Notes: generated by a model not told the origin, from the sequence alone. 64,000 nucleotides of DNA from Eledone cirrhosa (GCA_964016885.1 OZ024741.1:135284001-135348000); one strand, 5' to 3'. Shown: positions 47,565 to 63,049, counted from the first letter of the stretch. Made by a program: numbers and translations.

Positions 47565-47765
47565 TAGGGACGGGCGGGGAGGGGGGAGGTGAGTCGATTA
47601 AATTGACTCCAGTGCATTACTGATGCTTTATTATATCGACCCCCGTAAGTATGAAAGGCAAAGCTAACTTCGGCGGGATTTGAACTGAGAACGCAAAGGG
47701 GTATAACTATATGCCACAAAGTGTGTTGTCCGCCACTCTACTGATACTGGCATTCTACCGTCCCA
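47565..47765 (-). mobile_element. Meta-like tRNA SINE
   Basis: tatcgacccccgtaagtatgaaaggcaaagctaacttcggcgggatttgaactgag. Confidence 0.82.
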
Positions 47766-47842
47766 TTCAATTTTAATATGCATAATAATAATAATTTTCT
47801 AATGAATTATTCTCACATTTCTTTCCTTCTTTCTTTCTGTAG

Positions 47843-47921
47843 GTGTATCGCTTAAAACGTTTTCGCTAAACCCGAGGAATACAAACAGGACTTACCTCAA
47901 ATATTCATACTTTCGAGAATC
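47843..47921 (+). CDS. Candidate 79-nt internal exon of an unidentified host gene
   Basis: Strong acceptor tttctttccttctttctttctgtag and consensus donor gtaagt; exactly one open frame, (G)VSLKTFSLNPRNTNRTYLKYSYFRES. Confidence 0.45.
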
Positions 47922-48309
47922 GTAAGTAATTTTTCATCCATTAAATATGATCATATTTGTCAGACATTTCTTCAATAACAATGTGTTATATCGGAAACAA
48001 ATGCTCTGGCTTCTTCGGAACTTGCTTTATTAAATCAATACTTCGATAAGAGTAACGTAACATTTAGAAGTGTCTTTCAGAAGACATACGAATTGATCCA
48101 CAAGTATATTTCATTCGTTGCTATGTTATAATCTATTTCGTTAATGTATCTGTTAACACTACAAGGTACTGTTATTTCCCAGCGTACAAGTTAAAGGTTA
48201 ATTAATCCAGCGAAATAATTTCTCTTTAGTATATTTTATACATTTTACATTTGTTTGTTGTTTATGTTCAACACGGAAAATCTTACACAAGACTGTCAAG
48301 CATCAACAA

Positions 48310-49771
<1,462 letters not shown>

Positions 49772-50101
49772 TGTTATTATCTTATACTTACGCCTACTTT
49801 AGCAAATACATAACATCTTAGCGATATCGTGATTTGGTTTCGATTCCCGGCTAATCGAGTTAATTTACGTTGTTGAATGTCTTGAGAAAACACAACTACG
49901 TCACTCACTGCAGTATCTCCAACTTCTTAAATATAGTAACTTTAGATATAAGCAAATGGTAGTCAATAATTACATGGATTGATGTATGTTTGTGTGCGTA
50001 CACTTTATGTAAAGCATTTTCGTCTTGTTCTTTGTTAACACATACGCGCGCATGCATACGCACATGCATGCACGTACACACGCACACGCACACACGCGCA
50101 T

Positions 50102-50161
<60 letters not shown>

Positions 50162-50405
50162 GCACGCATACACACACAGAGTGAACCTGTCTATAGAATC
50201 CTTTCTGCCTTTGTTATTCTAAATATAGTTTTTAAAGAATTCCCTTTTCTTTAAACCCATCAACCAATGACCTCCACCCATCCCAATCACCACCCTCTCC
50301 TACCACCAGAAAAGATATAAATACCACCATATTACTTGGACATCGGCTTCCTGATGATTTCTCCCGAATTAAATAGTTCTAGTCCTGTAGAAGACTTTTC
50401 TATAT

Positions 50406-50457
<52 letters not shown>

Positions 50458-50462
<5 letters not shown>

Positions 50463-50562
50463 GTTTCTACTTTTGGCATAAGACCAGCAATTAACCAGTA
50501 TATTACTGGTACTTTATTTTTTCGACCCGTAAGGATGAAAGGCAAAGTTAACCTCGGCGGGA
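50458..50562 (-). mobile_element. Meta-like SINE, 3' half
   Basis: Match to consensus. Confidence 0.82.
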
Positions 50563-50889
50563 TATAATTCGACTCAGATAGACGTCAATTTTAAGATTAT
50601 CTGTGATATGTTTGTACGTACTGTATAGGTCGATCCCACAAAATGTGTTAGCTTCTGCAGAGGTTGTTTTTAGTGCTGATAGTTCATAGTAATGTTCTAA
50701 CTAAAGATTATAATACACATATTCTATATTATATCGTAAAATATAGCGTTACACCTACAAAATACCTAAGTAAACTATAATCGATGATAACAGTCACGAC
50801 TGACGACCTTTTTATGCATAATGAATATTCAATATTAAGTCACGTTCAACAAAGTACACAAGGAACTCGCACTCATTACCCCTGTCCAT

Positions 50890-51040
50890 TATGCTTTCCA
50901 GCATATTTACGTCCCTTTACGATCTGAGTTCAAATCCCGCCGAGGTTGACTTTGCCTTTCATCCTTACGGGGTCGATAAAATAAAGTACCAGTAATGAAC
51001 TGGGTAATTGCTGGCCTTGTGCCTAAAGTAGAAACAATTA
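50890..51040 (+). mobile_element. Meta-like SINE
   Basis: gagttcaaatcccgccgaggttgactttgcctttcatccttacggggtcgataaaataaagtacc. Confidence 0.88.
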
Positions 51041-51382
51041 TTTGTATCCGTGATGTAAACAAACAACCAGTGTCGCCACCATTGACATCAACCCACCGCG
51101 TGGCTAGTGTAACCTACGGCCACAAAGATTCTCATTACATATTCCTCCAATAAGTTGACATATTTTTAAAAGAACACGGTCGATTTCTTCCATACAAGAG
51201 AACAGAAGAGAGTGAGAGAAAGGGAGGAAGATACTGCACTGGTACTTCATTCATCGACCACCAAATAATGAAAGGCAAAGTTGACTTGGGCGCGGGAATT
51301 GAACTAACTCAGAGTAGGGCGCTGGAACGATTTCCGAGAGATTTTAACTGATGCTCTAATAATTCTCTCTCCTCTCTCTTTG

Positions 51383-51464
<82 letters not shown>

Positions 51465-51591
51465 CAAGAAAGTGTTGGTAAAATCCAGTACTTCAGTATG
51501 CGGATAGGGAGCACTCAACGAAGATATAAGTTCCGGAGTTATAATAGTGACGAAACATAAGTCAATTGCATGAACTCATAATCCTTTATTT

Positions 51592-51647
51592 ACTGCTATA
51601 TATATTTCGATGATAGCCATTGAATAGCTATGACCTCATCAGGCAGT
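51592..51647 (-). ncRNA. Minimal type-I hammerhead ribozyme
   Basis: Minus strand: actgc CTGATGA ggtcatagctat-tca-atggctatcatc GAAA tatata TA gcagt. Confidence 0.87.
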
Positions 51648-51774
51648 TAGTCAGTTCTTAGATATGCCAGCTCTGTGTTTATGGTGTTGATGGTATCAGA
51701 GCCTTGGATATGTCCCAAGGCTCTGATACCATCAACACCATAAACACAGAGCTGGCATATCTAAGAACTGACTA

Positions 51775-51830
51775 ACTGCCTGATGAGGTCATAGCTATTC
51801 AATGGCTTTCATCGAAATATATATAGCAGT
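51775..51830 (+). ncRNA. Minimal type-I hammerhead ribozyme
   Basis: actgc CTGATGA ggtcatagctat-tca-atggctttcatc GAAA tatata TA gcagt, then aaataaa. Confidence 0.85.
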
Positions 51831-51926
51831 AAATAAAGGATTATGAGTTCATGCAATTGACTTATGTTTCGTCACTATATATATATATATATATATAAAA
51901 AAAGAATATATATATATATATATATA

Positions 51927-52100
51927 GTAATTGTTTCTACTTTTTGGTACAAGGCCAGCAATTACCCAGTGCATTACTGGTACTTTATTTTATCGACCCC
52001 GTAAGTATGAAAGGCAAAGTTAACCTCGGCAGGATTTGAACTCAGATCATAAAGGGACATAACTATGCTATAAAGCATGGCGTCTGACCCTCTACCGTTA
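51927..52100 (-). mobile_element. Meta-like tRNA SINE
   Basis: Match to consensus. Confidence 0.88.
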
Positions 52101-52152
52101 TGCCTTCTAGCATAGTTACTATATTATTACTATATATATATATATATATATA

Positions 52153-52400
52153 GTAATAATAATAATAATAATAATAGTAATAATAATAAATTTGAAGACT
52201 AAAATCCAAAGAGGGCTCGATAAGGATAAATATATATCAAATATATAAGAACCGTAGAGCAAATATTTATTAAAATAACAGATTAAAGTTTAAGCAAAGA
52301 ATCGCTGCTTTCACCCTTAACGGGATCTTCTGAAACTCCCGTTAAGAGTGAAAACACTGATTCTTTGCTTAAACTTTAATCTGTTATTTTAATAAATATA
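52153..52400. mobile_element. Rearranged fold-back copy of the 41236-41515 family
   Basis: Hairpin 52263-52399 with loop tcttctgaaac, preceded by the inverted other end of the element. Confidence 0.78.
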
Positions 52401-52723
52401 TATATATATATATACACACACGCTTTCACGACAGAAATGTTGATCAGATACGAAATACGAACCGGCGATCGTTCTACTCTCGTTCCTGTACAGTAATAGC
52501 GACTGCACTCAATATATTGATCACAACTATTTTGCAAATTCTGCATAAATCCGTGTATTATTTAGCAATAATTAGTTAAACAACAACAACAACAACAACA
52601 ACAAAAACAATCAACCCTATCAAGTGAACAGAGTGTATTGTCTTTGATATATCATTGCGGATAGGTTAATAGAAACATTAAACTAGCGTTTGATAATGGC
52701 GGTACATATAGATTTATAGGTAA

Positions 52724-52761
<38 letters not shown>

Positions 52762-52789
52762 ACTATATTATTATGTTTCAATCAACAAC

Positions 52790-53170
52790 GATGATGATGA
52801 TAGTGATAAATATAAGGCCGCGACTGATGATGATGATGATATCAAATATGATGATGATTATCATGTTAATGGCGACAATGTTGCAACGATGACAATGACG
52901 ATGGTTACAATTGTATTAATGATGACAATGATGACTATAATGATGCTGATTACCATGACGATGGCGATGATGATAATGATGACGGTGGTGATGACAAAGA
53001 TTACCATGATGATGACGACTACAACGTTAGTGACACGATGGCGGTGGTGAGGATGACAAAGATGACCGTGATGATGACGACTACAACGACGGCGAGGAGG
53101 ATGATTGATGGTGATGATGATGGTTTATATATAGAGGTCATATTGTGGATGTTGATGACGTCATCAGTGA
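52790..53170. repeat. Degenerate (GAT/GAC)n low-complexity tract
   Basis: Direct reading. Confidence 0.85.
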
Positions 53171-53344
53171 GGCGATCATGGTATTGAATATACTGTAACA
53201 CTATAAAGGTATAAAATGGAGAGTGATATTTACTAATAGTTACACAATATAATTAAATATCCCCTCGTCATTCCTCATTTCATTGTCCAAACAAATTATA
53301 AAAAGAAAAACTGTACTCAATAGGAACAGTTTATTCTAATGGAA

Positions 53345-53540
53345 TTTAGTTGAATCCTTCCACGCCTCTCTATCTCGTGCAATCCTTCTTCTCCTCTCAG
53401 CCTCGTCGAATCCTTTGTCCTCTCTTAACCTTGTTGAATCCTTTCCCCCTCTAAATCTCGTTGAATCTTTCTTCATCTCCCAATCTCGTTGAATCTTTCT
53501 TCATCTCTCAATCTCGTTCAATCCTTCTTCAACTCTCATC
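53345..53540. repeat. Degenerate ~28-30-bp minisatellite
   Basis: tctcgttgaatc(c/t)ttcttcatctc repeated about six times. Confidence 0.8.
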
Positions 53541-54561
53541 ATACTCATCGTAATAATTATTTTCTTGTATTGCCCATAAGGACGCTCGACGTTGGGGAAT
53601 AATACATGAAGAAAAATAATACAGAATAAGGTTTACATTGAATAAACATACAGGTAGGACTGACAAAGGGAAAAATCGTAGATATAACAATGATATCAAA
53701 TAATAATAATAATAATAATGATAGTGATATTAATGATAACTTTTATTGGCCATAAAGGCACCCGATGGTGAAGACAACAGAAGGACGAAAAACACGGTGT
53801 ACAGCTTACATTGAAGAGAAGAGGGACTCAACAAAGAGAATATAGTAAACAATGATATTATATGATAATAATAATAATAACAACAATAACCATAATAAAT
53901 GTTATTAATGATTATTTTATTGGCCACAAGGGCTCAGGATTTTGAGGGAAATACAAGGGGAAAAGGAACAGAATGTGGAGTTTACATCGAATAAAAGGAA
54001 ATAAAAATGAACAAAGGAAAAACAGATGTAACAATAGCAATAATGATATTAAATAGTAATAATAACATCATAGAAATATAATATACTAAAAGTCAACAAC
54101 GAATCCTTCCCCAGTACATTCCACTAAATGGCCATAGCTCATTTCCATACATGCAAAGCCAAAATTTATTGCAAATTTTCCAGTGAATTGTTATCGTTAT
54201 TTTATCGTTATTACCATAGTCATGCTTTGGGGCGGTATGTTGGCAGATTCGGGAGAGAGCTGCACATTTTATCTGCTTTTTACGTACTGAGTAAAATCCC
54301 ACCGAAGTTAGCTTTGCTTTTAATACTTACGAGGTCGATAAATTAAAGTACCCGGTATCTGGGAGATGTCAAGTTCGGTTCTTCATAGCGGCCGATGTCA
54401 ATTTCTTTTTTCCGTCTTTAAGGGTCTTCCCCCTACTTTTTAAGTTATTTTATAGCATCACCACGCATGAGCACATCATTTTTTTATATTAATATTAACG
54501 TTAACTCTTTTATTTCAGTTTCTTTTATCTTACTCTACTATAGTTTTCACTCTTGTATTTC

Positions 54562-54691
54562 TAATATACCTTATCTAGATCTACCTCACAAATCGTAAAG
54601 GATATAATATACCTTATCTAGATCTACCTCACAGATCGCAAAGGATATAATATACCTTATCTAGATCTACCTCACAGATCGCAAAGGATAT
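54562..54691. repeat. 43-bp tandem repeat x3
   Basis: taatataccttatctagatctacctcacagatcgcaaaggata. Confidence 0.92.
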
Positions 54692-54820
54692 GTATGTATC
54701 TTTTAGGATCTGTGAGATAAATCAAGATTTAATTCTCCTATACAACAAAGAATGAAATGCATATTGATTAACAGAGATAGATATTCTAGGTTTAAATCAT
54801 TTTGTATATTATCAATGTAT

Positions 54821-55420
54821 GGAAGGCGAGTGGCTTAGTGGATAAAATGATGGGCTCATTATTACAAGGTGGTACACGGCGGTGGATGTGGATTGGTAGT
54901 ATCGGTAGAGCGTCGGACAACATGCTTTGTGGCATAGAGTTACGGCACTTTATGTTCCTATTTCAAATTTCGCCGAGGTTAACTTTGCGTTTCATCCTTG
55001 CGGGGTCGATAAAATAAAGTACCAGTAACGCACTGGAGTCGATTTAATCGACTTTCCCCTTACCCCAAATTTTTGGTAATGAGCCTAAATCAGAAACCTT
55101 TATTATAAGATGGTACGTTCAATTCCCAGACACGGCGGTGCATTGATTCCTTGAGCAAGGTATTTTATTTCACGTTGCTCCAGTTCACTCAGCTGGGAAT
55201 AAATGAGTTGTAACTACACTAGTGCCAATCTCTATCAGCCATTACATTTCCCTTTTACAACATCATATATATTGTATATATGAGTTGAGACAGCATCGGT
55301 GGTATGGAGAGTGAAGACTGGTTTGTATGTGCGATTGCTGGTCATTCACAAAGTACCTTGCCTAGGTTTGTACCTCGGTGAGGTTAATCCAAGGTCAGCC
55401 ACGACCGAAGGGTATATTTT
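54821..55420 (+). mobile_element. CORE-like SINE with a Meta-like SINE nested in its tRNA head
   Basis: Head gtggcttagtgg..., interrupted at 54876-55099, resuming gttcaattcc...ccttgagcaagg...tttcacgttgctcc; 17-bp target duplication. Confidence 0.78.
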
Positions 55421-56283
55421 CTTTTCAATTATAATGTAGAAAGATCCTCATATTTTTGTTTTCTCTAAAGGACTTGTCTAAACTAGTAACTTGTTAATGT
55501 CATTAAGTATTGATAGCGTAACATTTCAGTTGTATTAATTACAAATGAATTGAGAAAACGATACCTTGCTCTTTCCTATTTATCTCATGTTTCAAATTCA
55601 ATAGATTAGTTAGGTTCATTTCTTTGTTTTACTGATCGGAATTCCCAATATAATAGGTATTCATTATCTCTATTTCATTTGTGAATAAACTATTGTAAAT
55701 GTGGTCATGAAAGATTTCGTTAGATTTGTCGTTTCTCAGAAGATGCATACCATCTAACACCACACATCCTTAACTTTTGTTTGAATCATGAGAGCGTTGT
55801 GATATATGTCTGACTTTGGGCATTTAATTCTGGCGGAGTCCATCCTTTTCAATGTGTTGATGTAAACGATTTCTTTCAGAGAGAGAGAGAGAGGGGGGGG
55901 GGAGAACCTACCCCAATACTGGATATGTATCTCGAACTGACGAAAGGCGGAGTTGATCACGGTGGGATTTGAACTCAGAGTGCAGAAAACAGGAAAAAAA
56001 CGGGAATGTATTTTATGTGACGATGTCACGACTCTGTCACTTCACCGCCTTCAGAGGAAGCATAGTTAGGATCAATAACATTCCAGCTGTGACCAACCCA
56101 TCTTTTGAATTTCAGGAATAATCTATTGAGATATGCATTAATCAAGGTGTTCTTTTCTTTAAAAGGATGTAAACTGTGCTTTTGCAGGTGAATTATCTGC
56201 TAGTATCGGTAGTAGTATAGTAGTAGCATCAGTAGTAGTAATAGTAGTAGTGGTAGTGGTATTATTATTATTATTATTATTAT

Positions 56284-56475
56284 AAGGGCGGTGGATTGGC
56301 AGTATCGGTAGAGGGTCGGACGCCATGCTTTCCAGCATAGTTACGTCCCTTTACGATCTGAGTTCAAATCCCGCCGAGGTTGACTTTGCCTTTCATCCTT
56401 ACGGGGTCGATAAAATAAAGTACCAGTAATGCACTGGGTAATTGCTGGCCTTGTGCCTAAAGTTGAAACAATTAT
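56284..56475 (+). mobile_element. Full-length young tRNA-derived SINE (Meta-domain-like); reference copy for ~20 in this window
   Basis: gggcggtggattggcagtatcggtagag (A box), gagttcaaatccc (B box), ccgaggttgactttgcctttcatccttacggggtcgataaaataaagtaccag, (ATT)n flanks. Confidence 0.92.
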
Positions 56476-56489
56476 AATAATAATTATTA

Positions 56490-56880
56490 TTATTAGTAGT
56501 AGTAGTATGAGGAGCAGTTATAATGTAAATCTTTTTGTGATAATAGTAATAGCGGTAGTGGTAGTAGTAGTAGTTGTGGTATTGGAAGTAATATAAGTAA
56601 CGGTAGTTGTAGCAGTAATATTAGTATGAATAACAGCAGTTGTAATATTATTATTAGTAGTAATAGTAGCGGTAGTGTCAGCAGTAATTATAATGTGAAG
56701 TTTCTTGTGATAACATAGTGGCATTAGTAGTAGTAGTTGAGGTTTTGATAGTAGTATAAGTAACGGTAGTTGTAGCAGCAATATTAGTATGAATAGCAGT
56801 TGCAGTAGTAGTAATAATAGTAGTATTGGTGATAGTAGTATGGTCAGTAGTAATAACAGCAGTAGTAGCAGTAGCAACAA
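56490..56880. repeat. (TAG/TAA/CAG)n low-complexity tract with an internal ~175-bp duplication
   Basis: Direct reading. Confidence 0.8.
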
Positions 56881-57832
56881 AATTATATTTGCGCAAAATG
56901 GTTGCTAATTCAAAACGTCATTATACTGTTTCCTTCATTTTAATGTTATTTCAAATTCCAACATAGTCTCTCACTTCTCCCTATCTCTAACTCATTTCCC
57001 ATCTCTCACTTATTCTTCATCACTCAGTTCTTTTCCCTTTCCTCTCACACGCTATTTCTCTCTTCTCTCTTCTTCTTACCTCTCTCCTTCCGCAAGCATT
57101 ATTTAATACGCTAATTTATTCAAAATTTCCTTTGTAATTTTTGTTTTATTAATCCTCTCCGAATTTTTATTATTCAAGCAAAGACAATAGCTACGTAGGA
57201 AAAGAAAGCTACCTCCACCCACTCTTGAATCGGTCATGACTGGATGTAGGATGTTCACTCCTGACTGATTGACTATGGAGATTCTTCTTCGAGGCACAAG
57301 CTTCGAGGCACAAGTTCTAGCGGATTATTTTGTTGAAGATAAGCAGTTCTCTATGCATATCAATTTCCTCACACCAGCTGAGAAGTCTGGAGGTAGGCGA
57401 CTAAGTGGTTAGGGAGTTGGATTTACAATCGTTAAATTGTGACATCAATTCCCGGACCGAGCAATGCTTTATGTCTTTGAGCAACATATATTATTTCACC
57501 AAAAAATTCGATGCCTCATCACGTGATCTTCCTCAATCTATCAAACCGTACTTCAAACATATAGTCGGCATAGCTGTTGAAACGGCAAGAGCTCAGCTGT
57601 CGGGGTCCCGACTCTTTAGCCACTGCATTTGCTATTGACTAATATGTGTGCACTCTGAACATCCAGACACAGTTTCAGTACTGCAATCTTATTGATTCCT
57701 TGATTATTGATTCCTTGAGTGAGTAATGACTAGAGATCGCTGGAATAACATCAGTGACTTTCGTAAAACCTGTATATATATATATACAGTATATATATAT
57801 ATATATACAGTATATATATATATATAATAATA

Positions 57833-57958
57833 ATTGTAATCTAAGTTTTTCGAATATTAATAATAATATTCGATTCGTTTGCAATTATGCAGACAATATC
57901 TTAAGCCATGTCAGTAGAATGACTCCGTCATTCTTGCTCTTGTGTTGGCATATAAACA
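57833..57958 (-). mobile_element. 3' fragment of the 31318-31775 hammerhead element family
   Basis: Reverse complement of ~31647-31775; abuts (TA)n and (TATC)n. Confidence 0.8.
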
Positions 57959-57966
57959 TATATTTG

Positions 57967-58041
<75 letters not shown>

Positions 58042-58422
58042 ATACATACGTAAATACATATATACATAAATACATACACACACACACACATATACATATA
58101 TACTATGTATGTATGTGTGTGTATATATATATATATAGGTAGGTATATATGTATGTATATGGCTGTATGTCTGTGCAAGCGTGTGTGTAAATACGTGTGT
58201 TGATATATGTATATATACACATATACATATGCACACACATATATATATATACACACACATATATATGCACACACATATATATATACGTGTGTGTGTGTGT
58301 GTGTGTGTGTAAAAGGTAAACAGAAATAACTAAGCAAAAGACAGTACATTGAAAAAATATATTTCTTTAACACTTGAAATAGTAGATAATCCTTCATCAG
58401 AAGATAGTTATATATCTATTTA

Positions 58423-58503
<81 letters not shown>

Positions 58504-58989
58504 ATCACATTATGATGTGTGGTTAGGAATGGTATTGGAAATACAAGACTTTGGTGAGAAAAATCAAATCAAAACAACAGTTTATACTTTTACCTTATAT
58601 TCCACGTAAGTTCAAGGTTAGAACCTCATTTTCAAAAAGAAAGGAAATGGAGTGTGGTTAGGTTATTGAGAACTTTGTTCTGAAATCTCCAGTGGGCGGA
58701 GGGGGAGTAACTGCAATTAAATTATTGACTGAAATGCAGCACAAGTCAATCACAAACACCTAATAATTTTGTGCAAAGATAAAATGTTAAATAGCTTTAA
58801 AATCATTCGCTACTCCTGCTGCTGCTACTACCGCTACCACCCTCGCATAGAAAATATTGTAAACTCTATGAACATAAGGGTTACAATATGTGTGGGGCTG
58901 GACAAGATTTTGTAAAAAGAGGGTTGCGACAAGGACGTTATTCAATAAACAGATAACATTTGATAAAACATGAAAATGTAATGATAATA

Positions 58990-59398
58990 ATAATTGTTTC
59001 TACTTTGGGCACAAGGCCAGCAATTATCCCAGTGCATTACTGGTACTTTATTTTATCTACCCCGTAAGGATGAAAGGCAAAGTTAACCTCGGCGGGAGTT
59101 GAACACAGAACGTAAAGGACCGTAACACTATGCTGTGAAGCATGTTGTCTGACGCTCTAACGATACTGCCAATCCACCACCCTCTTTTCTGATTTAGATA
59201 CAAAGCCAACAATTTTGGGGGAGGGAAAGTTGATTAAATCGACCCAAGTGCGTTACTGGTACTTTATTTTATCTATCCCGTAAGAATGAAAGCAAATCTA
59301 ACCTCACGGGATTTGAACTCAGAACGTAAAGAAGTGTAACTATATGCTGCATAGCGTGCTGTCCGACCCTCCACCGATACTGGCAATCCACCACCCTA
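58990..59398 (-). mobile_element. Two tandem Meta-like SINEs
   Basis: Two consecutive reverse-complement consensus copies (~58990-59185 and ~59200-59398). Confidence 0.88.
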
Positions 59399-59886
59399 CC
59401 TTCACTATTAATTATAAGAATGGTAAAAATAAAACAAACAAAAAAGAAAAAGATCTATGATTATTTCACTTTCATGTTATTGAAACATTCCACCATTTGC
59501 TCTATATTTGTATATGGTATATGGAAGTGAAGACAGAAAATCAAACACAGGGAAAGAGCGTGTCTGCGCATGTGTGGGGGATGAAGGAAGTACTAGAGTG
59601 GAATGGCGACTTACTATGAATCTGACAGAAATATTTGAATTAATAAAATAATTTTTTCTTATTCTTTTCTTGAAGTCCCATTGAATATTCCAATATTCCG
59701 ACTATTTCCGTTTCAGCGAGTGACATTTTCCTCTCCAGCGTCTTTCGTTTACTCACCTGTGAGATATTGTATTGACATGTCACATACTAAATATACTCCA
59801 CCCCTCCAGCACACCACCAGATTTGCAGTTCTCACGCGAATGATTAAGAGAGCATTCAACCCTGCATACCTCTGTATGTGTGCGTG

Positions 59887-60080
<194 letters not shown>

Positions 60081-60169
60081 GAGGGGAGGGCGTAAGACGG
60101 AATGAAGGAAAGATTAGCAGGTAGGATAAATGGAAAATTATGTTAGACATCCATTGGATTTATGAACTT

Positions 60170-60845
60170 TGAACAGACATAGTATAAACATAAAACATAC
60201 TTAGAAGAGACATAGTACAGATAGTAATCACATAGAACATGATTGAATAGATATAGAATATTCTTAGTATAAACATGGAATGGACATAATACAGTCATAG
60301 TATAGGTAGAGAACATACCACAGAATAGACATACTATAGGCATGTATGTCTATGATATGTCTATTCTGCAAGTTTGAACACAGCAAATTTCTTCCAGGGA
60401 AGGATGGAGAGTGAGAGAAAGGGTGTGAGAAAGAGATATAAAGGAATACTCCTCTTGAGTACTAGATTAGTACTTTTTATCGATCTTGAAAGGATGTAAG
60501 GCGAAGTTGAACAATTTGCCACCTATAATAATCATATCATAGTCATAATATAGGCATAGTATAGACTTAATACAGATTTAGAATACATATAGAAAATACA
60601 TTGAGTAGCATTAGTATAGACATAATACGGATGTAATATAGACATAGTATAGACTTAATATAAACAGTTCGAAATTAGTTTAGACATAGAGTGGTCTTGG
60701 TATTGATATAGTACGGATTTAGTATAGACATAGTACGGATTCGTATAGACATAGTACCGACTTGGTTTAAACACAGAACAGACATAGTATTGACATAGTT
60801 CGGACTTATAACTGCTATAGAGCAGACATAGAGTATATGTAGAAT
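60170..60845. repeat. Degenerate ~10/20-bp minisatellite (tagtatagaca) with a SINE fragment
   Basis: Recurring tagtatagacatagtac variants. Confidence 0.65.
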
Positions 60846-61084
60846 AGATCTTGAAAGTGGTTGATAACTGCTAGGCGGTATTTTGTAATACCGTGAACAC
60901 GTTGCTATTCTTTACGACGAAAAGCATCGAGACACATAAATAAAGCATGCATTAAATATACATATGTTCGTTGGCATAATCTTGGAAATACTACAAAATT
61001 TCTTTAGATCTATAGACATGCACCAATACGTAGTGTGTGCATATTTATATATGTATATACAGTATGTTGTTGAAGCATTCATGC

Positions 61085-61115
<31 letters not shown>

Positions 61116-61131
61116 CATACATACATACATA

Positions 61132-61177
<46 letters not shown>

Positions 61178-61554
61178 TATATATATATATGTGTGTGTAC
61201 AAACTCGCTTATACAGTGTCATTTTGTACACTATATGTGTATATTTATTATGTTTATATTGATTTAGGCTAACTGAACAAAAAGTCAATACTTCCAGAAA
61301 GATTTTTTTGTTCATGGTGGTGCTGATTCAGCATTCCTATGATCAAAGGTTTTTTTTAAACATGACCAACACGTTTCGATTTTCTTCTTCTGTGTATTAA
61401 GATCAAGGATTCTTTTTGTTCAATGTGTTCTTTATTTTGTAAGATAGTGAGACATGATTTTGGAGGGATTTGGCTGCTATGTATAGCAGAAGGAACAACC
61501 ATATATGTCGCCTTTGAGCATTCGGAAACTTTTATTATATATATATATATATAT

Positions 61555-61847
61555 AAAAAAAAACGAAAATCAGTGATGCATCTGGACTCAGTTTATGTGA
61601 GAAAATTTGGTTCGAACGAATTGCATGTGTCCGAAGGAACCTGCAGCCGTAGAATCAGCCAGATCCATACAATGATCATGTCTCGAGCTACCTGCCGGCG
61701 AAACAATTGTAACGCGCAATAAACTGAGTCCAGATGCATCACTGATTTTTCGTTTTTTTATACTATTCACACTCTGCTCTGTATGAATATTGAGTGCTAA
61801 TTTTGGCATACCGCCTATGGAAGCACCATATCTACCACTATACACAC

Positions 61848-61850
<3 letters not shown>
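61555..61850 (+). mobile_element. Fold-back element with hammerhead 3'-half remnant, AATAAA and TTGAGTGC tail
   Basis: ~45-bp inverted repeats 61555-61601 / 61718-61760; cggc GAAAC aatt GTA acgcgc AATAAA; ttgagtgc at 61790; (TA)n on both sides. Confidence 0.72.
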
Positions 61851-61899
<49 letters not shown>

Positions 61900-61951
61900 C
61901 GATGAAATACCAATGAAAGTTGGAAGATCACTGATGAAGGACTAATTTTAT

Positions 61952-62003
<52 letters not shown>

Positions 62004-62138
62004 ATGTATATATATAATACGAAAAACGTGTCTGTGATTATTCTTAATACCTTATGCCACCATAACCTTGCGGCTCGACAAATGAAGATCAATGAATTAA
62101 GTCCAAACTAAAAAGTCTGAAGTGGACAGTATTTAAGC

Positions 62139-62174
<36 letters not shown>

Positions 62175-62178
<4 letters not shown>

Positions 62179-62360
62179 GTTATTCCGGGTTGAATCGGAG
62201 GTAACCACAGTAAATAAGGTACTCAATACATTGCAGAGTATAAAAGTTTTAATATAGATGAAATTCTACAGGACTAGAACTGTTTCATTCTTTAGAAATC
62301 ATATGATTTCTAAAGAATGAAACAGTTCTAGTCCTGTAGAATCTCATCTATATTAAAACT
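62175..62360. mobile_element. Loop-less palindrome centred inside a hammerhead core, with tail
   Basis: Arms 62245-62302 / 62303-62360. Right arm reads ATGA tttc-taaa-gaat GAAAC a GTT ctagtcc...attaaa. Tail has gtactcaa. Related unfolded copy with ctgatga at ~50338-50410. Confidence 0.75.
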
Positions 62361-63049
62361 ATATATATCTGTATATATATATATAATACGAAAATCTAGT
62401 GATAGGCGGATTCCATAGATGCGTGTGGGTGAGTGTGTTAACATGTATTTGTGACCATCTGAGTGTATATATATATATATATATATATAGGTATGTATAT
62501 GGGTATTTTTGTGTGTGTATGTACCTTTGTGCGTATATAAATTAGTATATATTTATAAATAAATATATGTATGTGTATTTGTGTGTGTGTATGTATGCAT
62601 GTAAGTATATATGTGTCTCCATGTATCTACGTAATTATATATATTATATGTATCTATGTATTAGTGTATCTATGTATTAGTGTATGTATTTATGTATGTA
62701 TCTGTTTATATGCATTACTATATGATATAAGCCCTCCCCCAAATAATCTTGAATTCGTTCAAGGATTGATTAAAAAAATATATTAAAATAATGTGTCAGT
62801 ATATTCCATGCTGATATCGATTTCTATTGATTTGTGTTAGTCATCATATATTTGTTGTCGTCATGTATATTACAAAATTGACTGATACAAAATCTATGCT
62901 AATGACTGATTATTTTCCGTCTCAATCTTTTGAAGATGATGAGTAATGCAGTGAAGTGTATTAACGTAAACTTGTTCTAATTCAAGAGATATTTTAGATA
63001 GTAACATACCGTGGTTTGCTGGACAGAATTAAAGTTGAGATGATTATTA

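Larger units (their letters stand above)
51462..51878. mobile_element. Hammerhead family A (subfamily) near-perfect hairpin element
   Basis: Arms 51544-51707 / 51715-51878 (one mismatch noticed), 7-nt loop; tail 51462-51543 with gcactcaa; (TA)n on both sides. Confidence 0.9.

Noticed and set aside
51544-51878. Interpreting the hairpins as MITEs or miRNA precursors
   Set aside because: Arms vary in length between copies, have a one-sided unpaired tail and contain hammerheads; this fits inversion at insertion better than fixed TIRs. A DNA-transposon origin is not fully excluded for 61555-61760.
56284-56380. tRNA genes at A/B-box-containing sequences
   Set aside because: They are SINE heads followed by SINE bodies; no complete cloverleaf
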